Below are positions 40,895 to 54,100 of a stretch of DNA of 64,000 nucleotides, in pieces. The first letter of the stretch is position 1. Every line of letters starts with the position of its first letter. Origin of the DNA: Carpediemonas membranifera BICM (taxonomy: Eukaryota > Protista > Fornicata); the NCBI GenBank assembly GCA_019828565.1, contig JAHDYR010000038.1, positions 698,735 through 762,734 on the forward strand, written 5' to 3'. The position numbers and the translations under genes are program-made. The notes under the pieces were generated by a model. That model was given only the letters and a program-made list of their open reading frames with translations. It was not told the origin of the DNA and ran no database searches.

Positions 40895-41252
40895 ATGAAC
40901 GACGCTACTTTCGTTACTGAGGAGGTCAGCAGCATTGTGAAAGATGTTTGTACACGGATATATGCCCATTCTCACACAGACTATTGAAGAGATCCTCGGC
41001 AATTCGCCATACCAGCATGCCATGGTCGAAGAGTGGTCCAACACCATCCTTGAGGCTGTAACGAAGAAGCTTGTGGCGATGAACAAGCCTTACAAGTATA
41101 TGTCCACCTGTGTCATCAGCCAGAAGGTCGGTGCCGGTCTTCACGTCTCAAATTCCTGCTACTGGGATTCGGGCTCGGACGGCCTTGCTGCAGTCACTTG
41201 GGAGAGCAAGAGCATGTACTGCGTCATCACGGTTTTCGGGTTGGCCATTTAA
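40895..41252 (+). CDS. DYNLT1: Dynein light chain Tctex-1; exons 40895..40945 and 40980..41252 (34-nt intron)
   Basis: Spliced product MNDATFVTEEVSSIVKD|TIEEILGNSPYQH...KPYKYMSTCVISQKVGAGLHVSNSCYWD...CVITVFGLAI; intron GTTTG...CTCACACAG. Confidence 0.93.
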
Positions 41253-41567
41253 GCGTCTCCGGCCGTTCTGTAAATACAAATCGAGAGACAGCGCCGGAAA
41301 GCAAGAAAATGCCCAGGGTGCGGTGATACTGAAGCAATGTGTGTGCCAGTCAGTGTGCAGTCAAGTTCTAGACTTAGTCTGGGAAGACCCCCCCCATCCT
41401 GCTGTCGGCATCGATTCGACTGACCACCACAAATTTTTTATTCGGCGGCCAAGCATGCCTAGGACATGAAGGTACACTTCCCCAACCGCGCTATCAACCG
41501 TCCGGGTCCTCTGAGCGGTTGCTGGAATTTTGACTTGCCATTGAGTTGCACAGCAAACTGAGGCCAT

Positions 41568-44500
41568 ATGAGCGACGAATCCGGCACCAGGGCCGGTATG
41601 GGCGTCATGACATACAGTGATGGCACCAAATACGACGGCCAGTGGCACAGCGGGAAGCGTTGGGGCAAGGGCGTCTGCTACTACGGCAATGGCGACATAT
41701 ACGACGGCAACTGGTCCCGAGACGTGAAAAACTTCAACGGAACGATGAAATACGCCGATGGACGCGTCTTTGAGGGCTATTGGCAAGACGACGAGCCGCA
41801 CGGCCACGGCAGCCTCACCTGGCCAAACTGCGACGTCTTCCAGGGCTCCTTCTTCAAGGGAACCATCGAGGGCCCCGGCACCATGGAACTAGCGACAGGA
41901 GAGGTCTACACAGGCATGTTTGCGAAGGGCCAGCGCTCGGGCGAGGGCGAGTGCAAGTATGCCAACGGCGACGTCTACAAGGGTCGGTGGCGGGACGGTA
42001 AGCGCTCGGGCCACGGCAACATGGCCTACGCCAACGGCGACCAGTACGACGGCGAGTGGGTTGACGGCAAACGGGAGGGAACGGGCACGTTTACCGCCGC
42101 CGACGGGTCCAGCTTCGAGGGCCAGTGGAATGCCGGCCAGAAGCACGGCCAGGGAGCCGAGGACGGCGCCGGGGAGAAGTACGAGGGCACTTTTGTGTCA
42201 GGCAAGCGTCATGGAACCGGCACGCTCACGACCGCGCGGTATACCCTCACCGGCGGCTTCGAGGACGGCATCCCCACAGGCCCAGCCCGCGTGGAGTACA
42301 CAGAGGGCGGGTCGTTCAAGGGCAAGTTCAAGCACGGCCAGCCCGACGGCCCCAACGGCATCCGGGTCTACCCTGACGGGTCGAGGTACACGGGCGACTG
42401 GCAGGCCGGCGTCAGGTCGGGCAGCGGCCTGATGCAGTACGCCGACGGCGGGGAGTACATCGGCACGTGGAAGGCGGACCAGCGCGAGGGCGAGGGGGAG
42501 ATGCAGTACCCCAATGGGGACGCCTACTCGGGCCTGTGGAAGGCAGACCGCCGCTCCCAGACGGGCCGGTGCGTGTTCGCAGACGGTGGCACGTTCCTCG
42601 GGGGCTGGCTGGATGATGTCATGGAGGGCGACGGCGAGTACACCAGTGCGGAGGGCGACACGTACAAGGGTACGTGGGTCGGCGGCAACAAGACCGGCAT
42701 CGGCGTCGTCACCCTCGCAGACGGGTCGACCTCCTTCTCTATCGAGTGGCAGGCTGAGAACATTGGCACGGTCCAGTATGCCGACGGGGCGACCTACCAC
42801 GGCAGCTTCGAGTGGATCAGACGCCAGGGGGCAGGCGAGATGACGTACGCCGACGGGTCCGTCTACCGTGGCACATTTGACAACGACCTCCGCGAGGGCT
42901 CGGGCGTGCTGACGTTCAAGACGCTCGTCGAGGACCCGAAGACGTCCGACGCCGCAGTCAAGTACGACGGCGACTGGGTCCAGGACCTCATGCACGGGTC
43001 GGGCCGTATCACGCTCACCAACGGGTACTACGAGGGCACATTCGACTCTGGTCGCCGCGTCGGAGCCGGTCTCCGCGTGTGGACGGACGACGGGCAGTTT
43101 AAGCGATACGAGGGCGAGTTCGACGACCTCCCGCACGGCGTCGGCACCGCTATCATGGCTGACGGGACCAAGATCACGGGGGAGTTCGCCGAGGGCCTGC
43201 CCCATGGCCAGTGTGTCGCAGAGCTCGGAGACGGGGGACGGTACGAAGGGGCTTACCGGCTCGGCCACCGCCACGGCCCGGGCCACCTCGTGCAAGCCCA
43301 CGGGGACGTCATCGACGGCACGTTTGAGGCCGATGAGCCGTGCGGCCACGTGACGATCGACTACGCCAACGGCGACTACTACGAAGGGGCCTACCGCAAG
43401 GGCAGGAACGGCAACGGATACGGTTCGTCGGCCGCGGAGGACTGGAAGTACGAGGGTGACTGGGCCAACGACCTCCGCCACGGCAAGGGCGTCTGCGTCG
43501 AGTCTGACGGCGAGAAGTACGACGGCGCCTTCCGCCAGGGTCAGCGCCACGGTCACGGCTCGGTGCTCTACCCCGACCAGCGGTCGTACCAGGGCGACTG
43601 GGTGAAGGGCGCCATCGAGGGCGACGGCACTATGCTCTTCCCCAACGGCGACGTCTACACGGGGTCATGGAAGGCGGGCCTCATGGAGGGCAGCGGCAGG
43701 CTCCTCTTCCACGAGACAGACGGCGAGGACGAGGCCGGCACCCATACCTACGAGGGCGAGTTCAAGCAGGGTCGCCGGGAGGGCGCGGGGTCCTGCACCT
43801 ACGCCAACGGCGACGTGTACAAGGGCCAGTGGGTCGCGGACCACCCCCACGGCGAGGGCACGATGTCGTATGCCTCTGGGGCGAAGTACACAGGATCCTG
43901 GCAGGCCGGCGCCCCCCACGGCATCGGGGTGCGGTCGGATGAGGACGGCGACGTGTACGAGGGCGAGTGGGAAGACGGCAAGCAGCACGGCCACGGCAAG
44001 CTTTCCCGGGCCTGCGGTGACGTCTATGACGGCCCCTGGGTGCGGGGCCTCAAGCACGGACCCGACGGCACGTGCACGTTCGCCGGGAGCGCGGACTACA
44101 CCGGTGAGTGGGCCGACGACCTCCCCCACGGCCGGGGCGTCTGCCAGTTCGTCTCGGGCGACCTATACGAAGGTCAGTACGACGCCGGTGTCCGCAGCGG
44201 ACTGGGTGTCATGCGGTACGTGTCGGGCGACGTGTACGACGGCGAGTGGGCGGACGACAAGCCCCACGGCCACGGCGTCTGCAGCTACGCCAACGGCGAC
44301 TCGTACGACGGCGTCTGGGCAGCGGGCGACCGTGCCGGATACGGCGTGCTCACGACGAGCACGGGCGTGCGGTACGAGGGCCCCTGGACTGACGACGCGC
44401 TACACGGGGCGTGCAAGATCGTCTACCCCGACGGCGCGGTGTACAGCGGGCCATGGGATCACGGCATGATGTGCGGCACGGGCCACTACGCCGCAGCGGC

Positions 44501-45290
44501 GGACGGGCTGTCGTTCGAGATCGAGTGGCGGACAAGCGAGGTGGAAGGCGTGGCGACGTTCAGCGACGGGTCCATCTACGAGGGCGAGTTCTCTGGTCCC
44601 AAGCGGTACGGGCACGGCAGCATGCAGTTCGCCGACGGGACCAAGTACAGCGGCGACTGGGAGTCCGACAAGCGCAACGGCACGGGCACCGCGGTCTACG
44701 TCTCGGGTGAGATTTACAACGGCGAGTGGGCCGACGATGAGCGGGACGGCGAGGGCCAGCTGACGTATGCAAACGGCGACGTCTACGTCGGCCAATGGTC
44801 GGCCGGCAAGAGGCACGGCCAGGGCCGGTTGGATCAGATCAGCGGGCAGGCGTACGACGGCGAGTGGGTGGACGACAAGGTGTGCGGCATGGGCACGATC
44901 ACCGAGCCCAGCGGGGACCTGTACGAGGGCTGCTTCGAAGACGGCGAGAGGCACGGCTTCGGCACGTGCCGATACGCCAACGGCGACATCTACGACGGCC
45001 CCTGGGTCCGAGGCCGCCGCGACGGGCCCGACGGCCGCATCGTCTTCGGCAACGGCGAGGAGTACCAGGGCCAGTGGACCGACGACGAGCGCACCGGCCG
45101 TGGGGTCGCCCGGTACAGCAACCGGGACGTGTACGAGGGCGAATGGCTCCACGGCCGGCGCCACGGCATGGGCACGCAGCGCTATGCCACGGGCGACATG
45201 TACATCGGCGAGTGGCGGGATAACAAGAAGTGCGGCCACGGCAAGTGCGTGTATGCGGACGGCAACGTCTACGAGGGCGAGTTCGGCTAG
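41568..45290 (+). CDS. Large MORN-repeat protein (about 50 repeats)
   Basis: Tandem Y.G.W..G.R.G.G...Y.NGD repeats over 1240 aa; no kinase domain. Confidence 0.95.
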   Translation: MSDESGTRAGMGVMTYSDGTKYDGQWHSGKRWGKGVCYYGNGDIYDGNWSRDVKNFNGTMKYADGRVFEGYWQDDEPHGHGSLTWPNCDVFQGSFFKGTIEGPGTMELATGEVYTGMFAKGQRSGEGECKYANGDVYKGRWRDGKRSGHGNMAYANGDQYDGEWVDGKREGTGTFTAADGSSFEGQWNAGQKHGQGAEDGAGEKYEGTFVSGKRHGTGTLTTARYTLTGGFEDGIPTGPARVEYTEGGSFKGKFKHGQPDGPNGIRVYPDGSRYTGDWQAGVRSGSGLMQYADGGEYIGTWKADQREGEGEMQYPNGDAYSGLWKADRRSQTGRCVFADGGTFLGGWLDDVMEGDGEYTSAEGDTYKGTWVGGNKTGIGVVTLADGSTSFSIEWQAENIGTVQYADGATYHGSFEWIRRQGAGEMTYADGSVYRGTFDNDLREGSGVLTFKTLVEDPKTSDAAVKYDGDWVQDLMHGSGRITLTNGYYEGTFDSGRRVGAGLRVWTDDGQFKRYEGEFDDLPHGVGTAIMADGTKITGEFAEGLPHGQCVAELGDGGRYEGAYRLGHRHGPGHLVQAHGDVIDGTFEADEPCGHVTIDYANGDYYEGAYRKGRNGNGYGSSAAEDWKYEGDWANDLRHGKGVCVESDGEKYDGAFRQGQRHGHGSVLYPDQRSYQGDWVKGAIEGDGTMLFPNGDVYTGSWKAGLMEGSGRLLFHETDGEDEAGTHTYEGEFKQGRREGAGSCTYANGDVYKGQWVADHPHGEGTMSYASGAKYTGSWQAGAPHGIGVRSDEDGDVYEGEWEDGKQHGHGKLSRACGDVYDGPWVRGLKHGPDGTCTFAGSADYTGEWADDLPHGRGVCQFVSGDLYEGQYDAGVRSGLGVMRYVSGDVYDGEWADDKPHGHGVCSYANGDSYDGVWAAGDRAGYGVLTTSTGVRYEGPWTDDALHGACKIVYPDGAVYSGPWDHGMMCGTGHYAAAADGLSFEIEWRTSEVEGVATFSDGSIYEGEFSGPKRYGHGSMQFADGTKYSGDWESDKRNGTGTAVYVSGEIYNGEWADDERDGEGQLTYANGDVYVGQWSAGKRHGQGRLDQISGQAYDGEWVDDKVCGMGTITEPSGDLYEGCFEDGERHGFGTCRYANGDIYDGPWVRGRRDGPDGRIVFGNGEEYQGQWTDDERTGRGVARYSNRDVYEGEWLHGRRHGMGTQRYATGDMYIGEWRDNKKCGHGKCVYADGNVYEGEFG

Positions 45291-45317
45291 CCCCATTTGT
45301 AAACCTAGCATTGTGCT

Positions 45318-48300
45318 GGCGATGGACTACGGGGCGGAGGGTGCCGCTGAGCGTGCTGAAGTCGACCAAGGTCACGGCCGGGGACCTGATGAGGGGGAGG
45401 ACGCCCGGGCGCAGGTAAATGCTGACGGCGCGGGGTGTTGCGGAGGCAGCGGAGTTTAGACCATTTTCGTCACGCGACATTCGAGCAACACACAAACTCT
45501 CGATGACGCGAAGCTGCCGAAAGTACGCTATCCCGGAGCTATTCTCACACAGATGGTGCGTTACAACAGCAGCAACACGGCTGCAGCGCGATTCTCTCAC
45601 ACAGCACGCCTGACGCGTTTGATCTGCAAATTCCATGATTACACAGCCAGTGGTACGTATCGAGGCTGCATTCTCACGCAGCGACGACTGCAGAGCAGTA
45701 GACGCTCAGATCCGCACCGCAATCTCCGAGCGCCCCGGCCCCGAGGGCATCCAGGTCCGCAAGCGAGGCGAGACGCCGATCACCGTCCAGGACCTCGAGC
45801 AGGTCGTCCAGTACCTGCTCAGCGCGGGCATAGAACCTGATACGCTAACGATGGAGCTCACTGAGCCCGCCGTTACCGTCACGATGGTGGATGGCAGACT
45901 CGAGGCCGACCATGAAGATGGATCGGTTGAGCTCGCGCTCGAAGCGTGGAACACGCGGTTCACAGAGCCTATGGCTGGTATGTGCCTTAAGACACTGACA
46001 GGGCATGGCAAACAGGTGCTTGGTGTCGCCACCTCCCCCGACGGCACCATCATCACTGCATCACCTGACGGCACCGTCAAGCAGTGGGACTCGGCCACTG
46101 GTCAGTGTATCAGGACCATGACGCATGGAGGCCAAGTGTACGCCGTTGCCGTGTCGCCGGACGGGTCGACCATCGCGTCTGGGGGGCGGGACAATCTCGT
46201 CAAGCTCTGGGACGCAGCCACAGGCCAGCAGACCCAGACACTCAGTGGGCACACTGGATTTGTGTGGCGCCTTGCATTCTCGTCTGATGGCCGCACCCTG
46301 GTCTCCGGATCGGATGACACGACCGCCAAGGTCTGGGACGTCGAGAGAGGGCAGTGCAGGCTGACACTCACAGGGCATGGCCATCATGTGCGTGGCGTGG
46401 CCATCTCCCCTGATGGCTCGACCATTTACACTGGAAGTATTGACAGCACGATCAAGCAGTGGAGCTCCGCCACTGGCGCATGCATCAGGACCATGAACCA
46501 TGGCGCACAAGTCTACAGCATTGCCGTGTCACCCGATGGGGCCATCGTCGCATCAGGTGGCAGCGATGGTTCCGTCAAGTTCTGGGACACCGCAACTGGC
46601 CAGCTGACTCGGACCCTTGATGGGCACACCAATTTTGTGTGCAGCCTCGCCTTCTCCCCCGACGGCAGGACTCTGGCGTCTGGGTCTGCAGACAAGACCA
46701 TCAAGCAGTGGGACGTTGCCACCGGGGCACTGATCAGGACGCTCTCGGGGCACGATGGCACGGTGCAGAGCGTCGCATTCTCCAGAGCCAACTCTACCAT
46801 CGTGTCTGGGTCTGACGATAGAACTGCCAAGGTCTGGAGCACACTCCCCCGCATCCCCCAGTTCCTGGCCACCGTCAACCAGCGCTGCTCCAGCCCAGTT
46901 GCCCCCGACGCAGACATCGCCATCGACCCTGGCGACTCAGCAGCACTCACCTGCGATCTCGCTCGCATCCTCCTCCACTTCCTCGCCACTGGTCTGCCCC
47001 GCTCCTTCACGATGACGCTGACCCACCCCGCCGCCAGAGTCTGGCTGGAGAACAAGTTCGCCGAGACAGACTCCGAGGACGCCGGGCTTGCCAAGATTAT
47101 CAGAAGCTTCAACGCCAGCCTGCGTGACCAGGTTGTCTCCGATCTTTGCTCGGGAGCCGTCTCGGACGTTTTCCTGATCGACGCGACTGTTGACCAGCTG
47201 AGGCAGGTCGTGACTCACGTCTCATCGCACGCAGTGCCGAGCAGCTTCACTGTCACCACCGCCGACCCAGCCACAACCGTCACTCTGACCGATGGCCTGT
47301 TCAGCGCCGACCGGCATGCCCTCGAGGTCGACGCGATCCTTTCTGATGGGAACTTCCGGCTGATGCTTCAGACAGCCATGGCCGAGCAGGAGCATAACAT
47401 GGGGCTGCTCAGAGCTGAGCTGTCCGACCTAAAGGCGACCCTGGCCTCGTTCTGCGCCTCGCCCCAGACCGGCCGGTTCACCGAAGCCAACCGCGCCGCG
47501 GACATCAGCGCCATGCTCGAGGGCCACCCCCTGCTCTCGGCCGCCATCCCGGCCCACGATGGCGTTGGCCCCATCCCGTCGCCCGCTGGTCTCATCAGCC
47601 GACTCGGCCATGCCAGACGCCAGCCAGAGACCCGCATCGCCGAGTACGAGGCGGTCATCGCCCAGGCCAGGGCCGGGGTCGAGGCGCTCGAGGCCACGAT
47701 CGCAGCTGTCAGCGCTGACTACCAGGCGGCCTCGGCCATCGTCGACGGCGCCACCGCCTTCGAGCCAGTCTCTCCCCTCGCTCGACGAGATGGCCCGCGT
47801 GCTCAAGGCCGCTGACAACGAGGTCGTCGGCTTCCCCACCCTCGCGCCCGAGCTGCAGGCCAGGTACGCCACGCTCCGCGCCTTCCTCCAGCAGGCCGTC
47901 CGCGAGACGTGGCAGTGGGCCCTCGGTCGGAAGGAGCTTGGCGATGACACGAGCGCCGAGGAGCGCACCATTCGCGAGTTGACTGGCCTGGCCGCCGAGG
48001 CTGAGGTCCACGTGGCTGGGTTCGCCGAGGCCGACGCCATCACTGCGCAGCTCCAGACGCTCGGCGACTACCAGCACCTCAAGAGCAAGGCCGAGGAGCT
48101 CGAAGACGATGTCAGCTACCTCCGTCGCCGCCGCAGGCACGCCCAGGCCGCCGAGGTCGCGGCCGAGCTCGAGGCCGTGAACGCCAGCATCGCCGAGATT
48201 AACGCCGTCCTGGCCCGCCGCACGCCGCAGCTCGTCCGGCTCTGCCCCGAGCTGAAGGTGTCCGCCGCGCCGTCGGCCAGCCTCTTCGCCGAGCTGCGCG

Positions 48301-48710
48301 AGATGGGGCTGGCCCACCTCATGGACCTCCCCGAGATGCGCGCCGACCAGTCGCTGTCCGACTTCGCCGTCGAGTCGACCGTCAGCGAGAACAGAGCGCT
48401 GTGCCAGATCGTGGCCCGCGACGGCCAGACCTACTTCGCCAAGACATTCAAGCTCGACAGCGCGCACCAGCGCAAGCTCTGTGACCGCGAGGCGGGCATC
48501 CTGTCGCGCATGGCGCACAGCCCCGCCGTGCCCAGGCTGCACTTCGTCCTCCTCGACCTCTCTGATCATGAGAGGAAGACCGGCGCGATCGTCATGGAGC
48601 GCCTCGAGCGCCACCTGCGCGACGCCCCAGCCGACTCGCCCGACACTCAGCGCAGACTGCTCCGCGGCCTGCTCACCGCGATCCACGACCTGCACAGCGC
48701 GGGCGTCTGT

Positions 48711-48742
<32 letters not shown>

Positions 48743-51115
48743 GCGCGAGGGCCACCCCGTGCTCGTCGACTTCGAGACGGCCTCGAACATGGACGCCGTG
48801 AACGCGACCGCGACCGGAGTGAACATCGGCACGCTCGCCTTCAGCGCGCCCGAGGAGATCGCCGCCCGCAAGGCCGGGAAGAAGCTGAGCCACCGCGAGC
48901 AGCAGGCCGCAGACGTCTACCACGCGGGCCTGACGACGCTCGGGGCCATGGCGCCGGACTACTTTGACTTCAACCATAGACTTCTCAGCCTGATCACTAG
49001 CGACCTCGCAGCAGCTTCGACCGTCAACGACGACCAGCTCTGCACCGCCCTGCTCGCCGCCGTCGCCGTCCCCGACGCCCTGCGCGAGGTGCTCTCCGGC
49101 ATGCTCGCCACCCACCCCGAGGCCCGCTGGTCCGTCCGCCGCGCCCTGGCCGACGGCCTCTTCACCGCCTCGGCCAACGAGCTGGACCCCGAGGTCGACC
49201 TCAACGCGGCGAGCAGCAGGTTCGCGAGCGCCCACGCCTTCGTCGACGACATCGACCGCGCGCGTCTGCAGATGTTCCGCGAGGAGCCGATCGACATCGC
49301 CCTCGCTGACGACGTTTCGGCGAGCCTGGCCAGCATCGCCGCGTGCGAGGAGGACCTGTTCGCCATCCCCGCGACGCTCTCGGGCGACGACTCCGCGAAG
49401 GCCCTGCCCGACCTGGTCGTCGAGCTGCGCCCGGTCCTGCTGGGGCTCGGCCGCGTGCTGCAGCTCATGCTGCTCGACGGCATCACCCTGCCCGCGGACA
49501 TGGTTAGCGACGCCTGGCTCGTCGCGCTCACGGGCGGCCGCGTCGACCTGGGAGCGCTGATGCCCATCGTCGCCCGGGCGCTGCAGCGGTCTGTTGCGGA
49601 GGCTGCGGCCGCGTGCCCGCTCGAGGGCTTCGAGGGCGACCTCAAGGCGCGCGGCGACGAGGTGAGACGCCGCTTCGCCGAGCGCATGCAGATCGTCCGC
49701 AACGGCATGGCCGCGAAGACGCGCTTCAGCGCCAAGGTCCTCGCGCTGACGGCCGCCCAGCTGCGGGCCCTGCTTGTGCGCCCCAACCCGCTCACGGTCG
49801 CCGCCGTGCTCGCCCCGCTGCGCTTCCCCGCGGACAGCCAGGGCGTGCAGGACGCCCTCCGCGCCGTGCTCGAGGACGACGAGACGCGCCGCCGCTTCGC
49901 CTTCCACGTGTTCGGCGGCCAGCTCCCCCAGCCCGCCTCCGTCGGCGTGACCCTCCACGACGACCACCGCGTGTACGCCGACTGCGCGGGCGGCGCCCAC
50001 CTCCCTCGTCTGGAGGACGCCGACCAGATGCGCCAGGCGGTGCTCGACTCGGCCCCTGCCACAGCAGTCGCGGCAGCCGACTTCTACGTCATCCCGCGCC
50101 GCGTGCCCTACTCGCGGGCCGAGATCGACACCCTGGCCGAGCAGAACGACATCCTCCAGACGTGCCGCCTGGTCACGCTCGGCAGAGGCGCCGCCGTGGA
50201 CGTCCCCGTCATCCGCCGCTGCCCCACATGCGGCGAGCTGACAACGCGCGAGGGCGACCTGGACAGCTGCAAGATGTCGGCGTGCCCGTGCGGCCAGGAC
50301 TTCTGCCACAAGTGCCTGCTCTGTGTGGCCAGCCAGGAAGAGCACATGGCCCACTACGGCGGCGAGTGCGAGATGGCGCCGCGCCAGACAGTCGACCTGC
50401 CCGAGGGCGTCGCCAGGCTGCGCACGTTCGCGTGCCCCCACTGCCATCGCTCGGCCACGGTCAGCGCGAACCGGAGGCAGCTTGCGTGCCGCGGGTGCGG
50501 GAACACAGTCTGCCTCGGCCACGACGACCCCGTCATCCACGACGGCAGCTGCGAGCACTACGACGAGATGCTGGCGAACCGACTGGGCTATCGCCGCTGC
50601 CCCGGGTGCGGCGTGCGCTACTACAAGGACGGCGGGTGCCAGCACATGAGGTGCAGGTGCGGCCATACGTGGAATGAGTAAAGGTCTGTTGTAGCAGTGC
50701 GATGGATGCTCGGAGCAGCTTGACCCTGCCAGCTCGTGCTCCATGTCGCCGTCTCCGTTTACTCTCCCTGCCCTCCTTCCCCGTCAAACCGCAGCCGGGT
50801 CGACCGCACCACCCTCGCGAGGTTCCTGGACCCAGCGTGCACGCCTGGTTCAAGAAGGCCAAGCACCGCACTCATCGTTTATCTGCGGATTCCCGGTGCC
50901 CCAGGGCGTTCGGTCGATACCCTTGCCTGTCAACCTCGACCAGGGATGATATGACTCAACCGCCACGGACTGTCCATCCCGACCTCACTCAGTTCTGTGT
51001 CACAAAGAGGTGGCCATTTACTGTTCACGTATCTGGCGCTTGGCCTTGTTCTTGCCCTTGGTCCCGTCGTCCTCGACGTGCATGTCGAACCCAGACCGGT
51101 TGTAGTTGTTGAGGT
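45318..51115 (+). repeat. Copy B of the inverted duplication; includes the last ~30 codons of the Bub1/Mad3-like gene
   Basis: Matches the reverse complement of 20726..26745. Confidence 0.95.
45635..50681 (+). pseudogene. Frameshifted paralog of the WD40-kinase-HECT-RBR gene
   Basis: 2-nt deletion near 47767 (gagccagtctc vs gagccagagtctc) splits it into ORFs 45635..47815 and 47559..50681; also a 114-bp in-frame deletion at about 49425. The frameshift could be an assembly error. Confidence 0.75.
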
Positions 51116-51189
51116 CGTCCTTGAGCACCTTCCTAATAAACGAGTCATACTAAAGCCATCCATGGCTGGGCAATAATAATGACTATTTA

Positions 51190-54100
51190 TCACCTCTTCT
51201 CGCCCCGCGTCGCCGCGGCTTTCCGCTTGGCCGCCAGTGTAAAGGGGTTGCGCCCCTTGGGCACGGGCGTCTTCTCCTTCCCCCGGGCGGGTGTCGCCTT
51301 CACCTGCTTCACCACAGGCGTCTCGGGCTCGTCGACCTCCGTCTCCTCATCCACCTCGGTGGCGTCCTCGTCGAGGTCCTCGGCAACCATGTGTCGCCTG
51401 CCGACCGCCCCCTTGGTCTCGGCCTTCTTCTCAACAGGTGCCTGCTTGACATCCCCCTGGGCGATCGCGTCCTCCATCGCCACGTCCACATGCGCCCTTA
51501 CTGCCCCGACGATGGTCTCCTGAAGCCCGGACTGCAGCTCCCCGACCGCCTCGGTAATCAACTGATACGCGTCGAGCTGCCGTGTCGCCAGGGCACTCGA
51601 GAGCGGGTGGGCAGTCGGCTCAGCGTCCCTCGGCGGTGCGTCAAGCCTGCTTGTGTAGCGGAGCTCGACCTCGCCCTGCTCGTTAGTGTCTTGGCCGAAC
51701 ACCGTCTTGAACAGGCGGATGAGCTCGTTTAGGTTGTACCTTTGGTGTGCGGACATCTCCTGGCCGTCGTCCTTGGCGTCACGGATCGCCTGGTTGGCGT
51801 ACTGGGCGCCCTGGGCGGTGAGCATGGTCGACGCGACGATACGAGCCCGATCGAAGGACCCGACCCGGGCGAACATGCGGGTCAGCCTCATCACAGCGGC
51901 GTCGTGCAGGTCATTGACCTTCTCAACCTCATCCCGCTGCCCGACCCGCTCCATGTGCGTGGCCATTAGCCTGCACCGCTGGAGGTCTCTCACGGCCGCG
52001 GCGACCTGCCTGTCACCCGAGCCCTGGCCCTGGACGACGCCGAGGGGGGCAAGCAGCGGGTAATTGGCCACGTGAAGGTGCTCAGCCAGCCCGTCGGGGT
52101 GCATGCCGGGCTTGGGCAAGTCGATGCCCCGCAGACTGATGGTCACGCCGCCGTCGGCCGCAGACGCCTTGATCGGCCGGCCACCACGTGTCCCTATCTG
52201 CTTCTGCTCTGCAGTACGGCCGATGGTCACTCTCACGGCGATAGGCCAAACGTAGTGTGACGTGTCCTTGGCCGGTACATGGACGGTCCTCCACGCGGGA
52301 CACCTCGTGGTGGTCAGCATGCGGGCTATACCCCTCGAGTCGACCGTGACCAGCTGTCCGAAGGCGCTCAGGCCAGTCCAGAAGAGGCGGGAGGCGGGGG
52401 ACACAGGCGTGTCTACCTGCAGCAGCACCGGGTCCCTAGAGGCCGAGTCGACGAGCAGGGTCGCGAGGTTGGGTCTGCTCTCCTCTGTCGCCCAGCCGAC
52501 CTGGCATGTCACCGCGAAGAGGTCGTTGAGTGCGCTCACAGTGACGGGCTTGCCGGGGAGGGAGATGACGTCGAGGGCGTGGAGCCCGTCCAGCGTCAGC
52601 AGGCAGAGGTCGTTCGTCACCAGGGCCACGGCGGCGCAGCTCTTGCCGACAGCCACGGCGATGATGTCGTCAGTGGTCGAGACGACGGTCTCCTCGTGCC
52701 CGCCGTCGGCCAGGAAACGGCGGAGGAGGATCTCAGCGCTGCCGCCGTTCTCCTCGTCCGCAGTGGCAGCGAGCATGAGAGCGTCGTCGCTGAGGGCGGC
52801 CATCTGGTACATGCGGTGCACCGTAAAGGCCGGCTGGACCCGCTTGGTGTGCTCGGCCCGGATGGTGAAGCTCGTGGCGACTGAGTTCTCGACCCTGAGC
52901 TGCGACGACACCTTGCCGCACCCCGTCCACGTCAGGATGTTGTCCCCGCTCTCGCCGTAGGGCGTCGACCCGGGCTGGAAGGGAAGTTGGACGGCCTCCT
53001 CCTCGTCCTCGATGCCCAGCCGGCTCTTCTCCCGGGAGCGGACCTCGGGCAGGGCGATGGCGTTACGCTCGACGCCGCCGGCCTTCTTCTTCTCCTTCGA
53101 CAGACCCTTCATTGCTTGGGCCCGACCCTCTGCCTCGAGCACCTCGGCCATGTCCACCGTCTCGGGGGCGGCCCGAGTCCACGCCTTGGCCTGCTCCCCG
53201 AAGAGGTTGGCGAATATGGCACCCGTGGCGGCCTGCGAGTCGGCCAGGGCCAGTCGGTCAGCCCTTGGGTCGATGGCGACGGTGTCGGCGATGAGGTCGA
53301 CCACGCCCTCCCTGTCGTTGCCGTACAGCAGCATGGACTCTGTCACAAGGTCCTCATCACCCACGAACAGCGGGCTCAGGTCCCACGTGGTGACGACGCA
53401 CGTCCGGTCGAGTGTGTAGACGACCGCGACAGAGTTCCCGCGGGGGGTGAAGACGGCGTGGGTGACCGTGCGGGTCTTTCCGCTGTTGGCCCGGTAGTGG
53501 GAGGCGCCCTCGATGATGTCCCCGAGATTGTGTCTGACGGCAGCGCTGGGGTTCGGTCCGTCGTCGCCCTTGAGCTTCCGCATGTCAACGAGGATGATGC
53601 TCTCGCCATCCATGTGGGGCGCGACTAGGCGATCGCCGGCGTGGTTGAACGAGAATGTCCTGCGGGAGCGGGCCACGGACTTCATGTCCTCGGCGTGCTT
53701 CAGGTCGTCCGCGGTGATGCGGTCCGTGGTGACGTCCGCGACGGTGTACACCTGCTCCTCACCCTTCTGTCTGTATATGCGGATTTCACCGCGGACGGAG
53801 TCGAACGCCGCGAGATGGGCGTTGTAGTCGGAGAACTCCACCTGGAGCACGGGTCCAGAGCCAGCAGGGGCGGCGAACTCCTTCTTCGGAGTGGCCTTGC
53901 TGTGGTTCTTTGCCGCAGAACGCAGGTCGGGCAGGCTGAAGCGGAGTACCCGGCCGTCGAGCAGACCCACGGCAACGTCCTGGCCGTTTAGGTCGAAAGC
54001 AACAGAGCAGGGCACCATGTCGTTGCGGTAGAAGTCGATCTTGGCCGGGCTCGGGCTGATGGTGGGAGATTCGTCGAAGAGCCAGAGTGAGCCTTCGCCT

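Noticed and set aside
41568-45290. PIP5-kinase annotation for the MORN protein
   Set aside because: Only MORN repeats; no kinase domain
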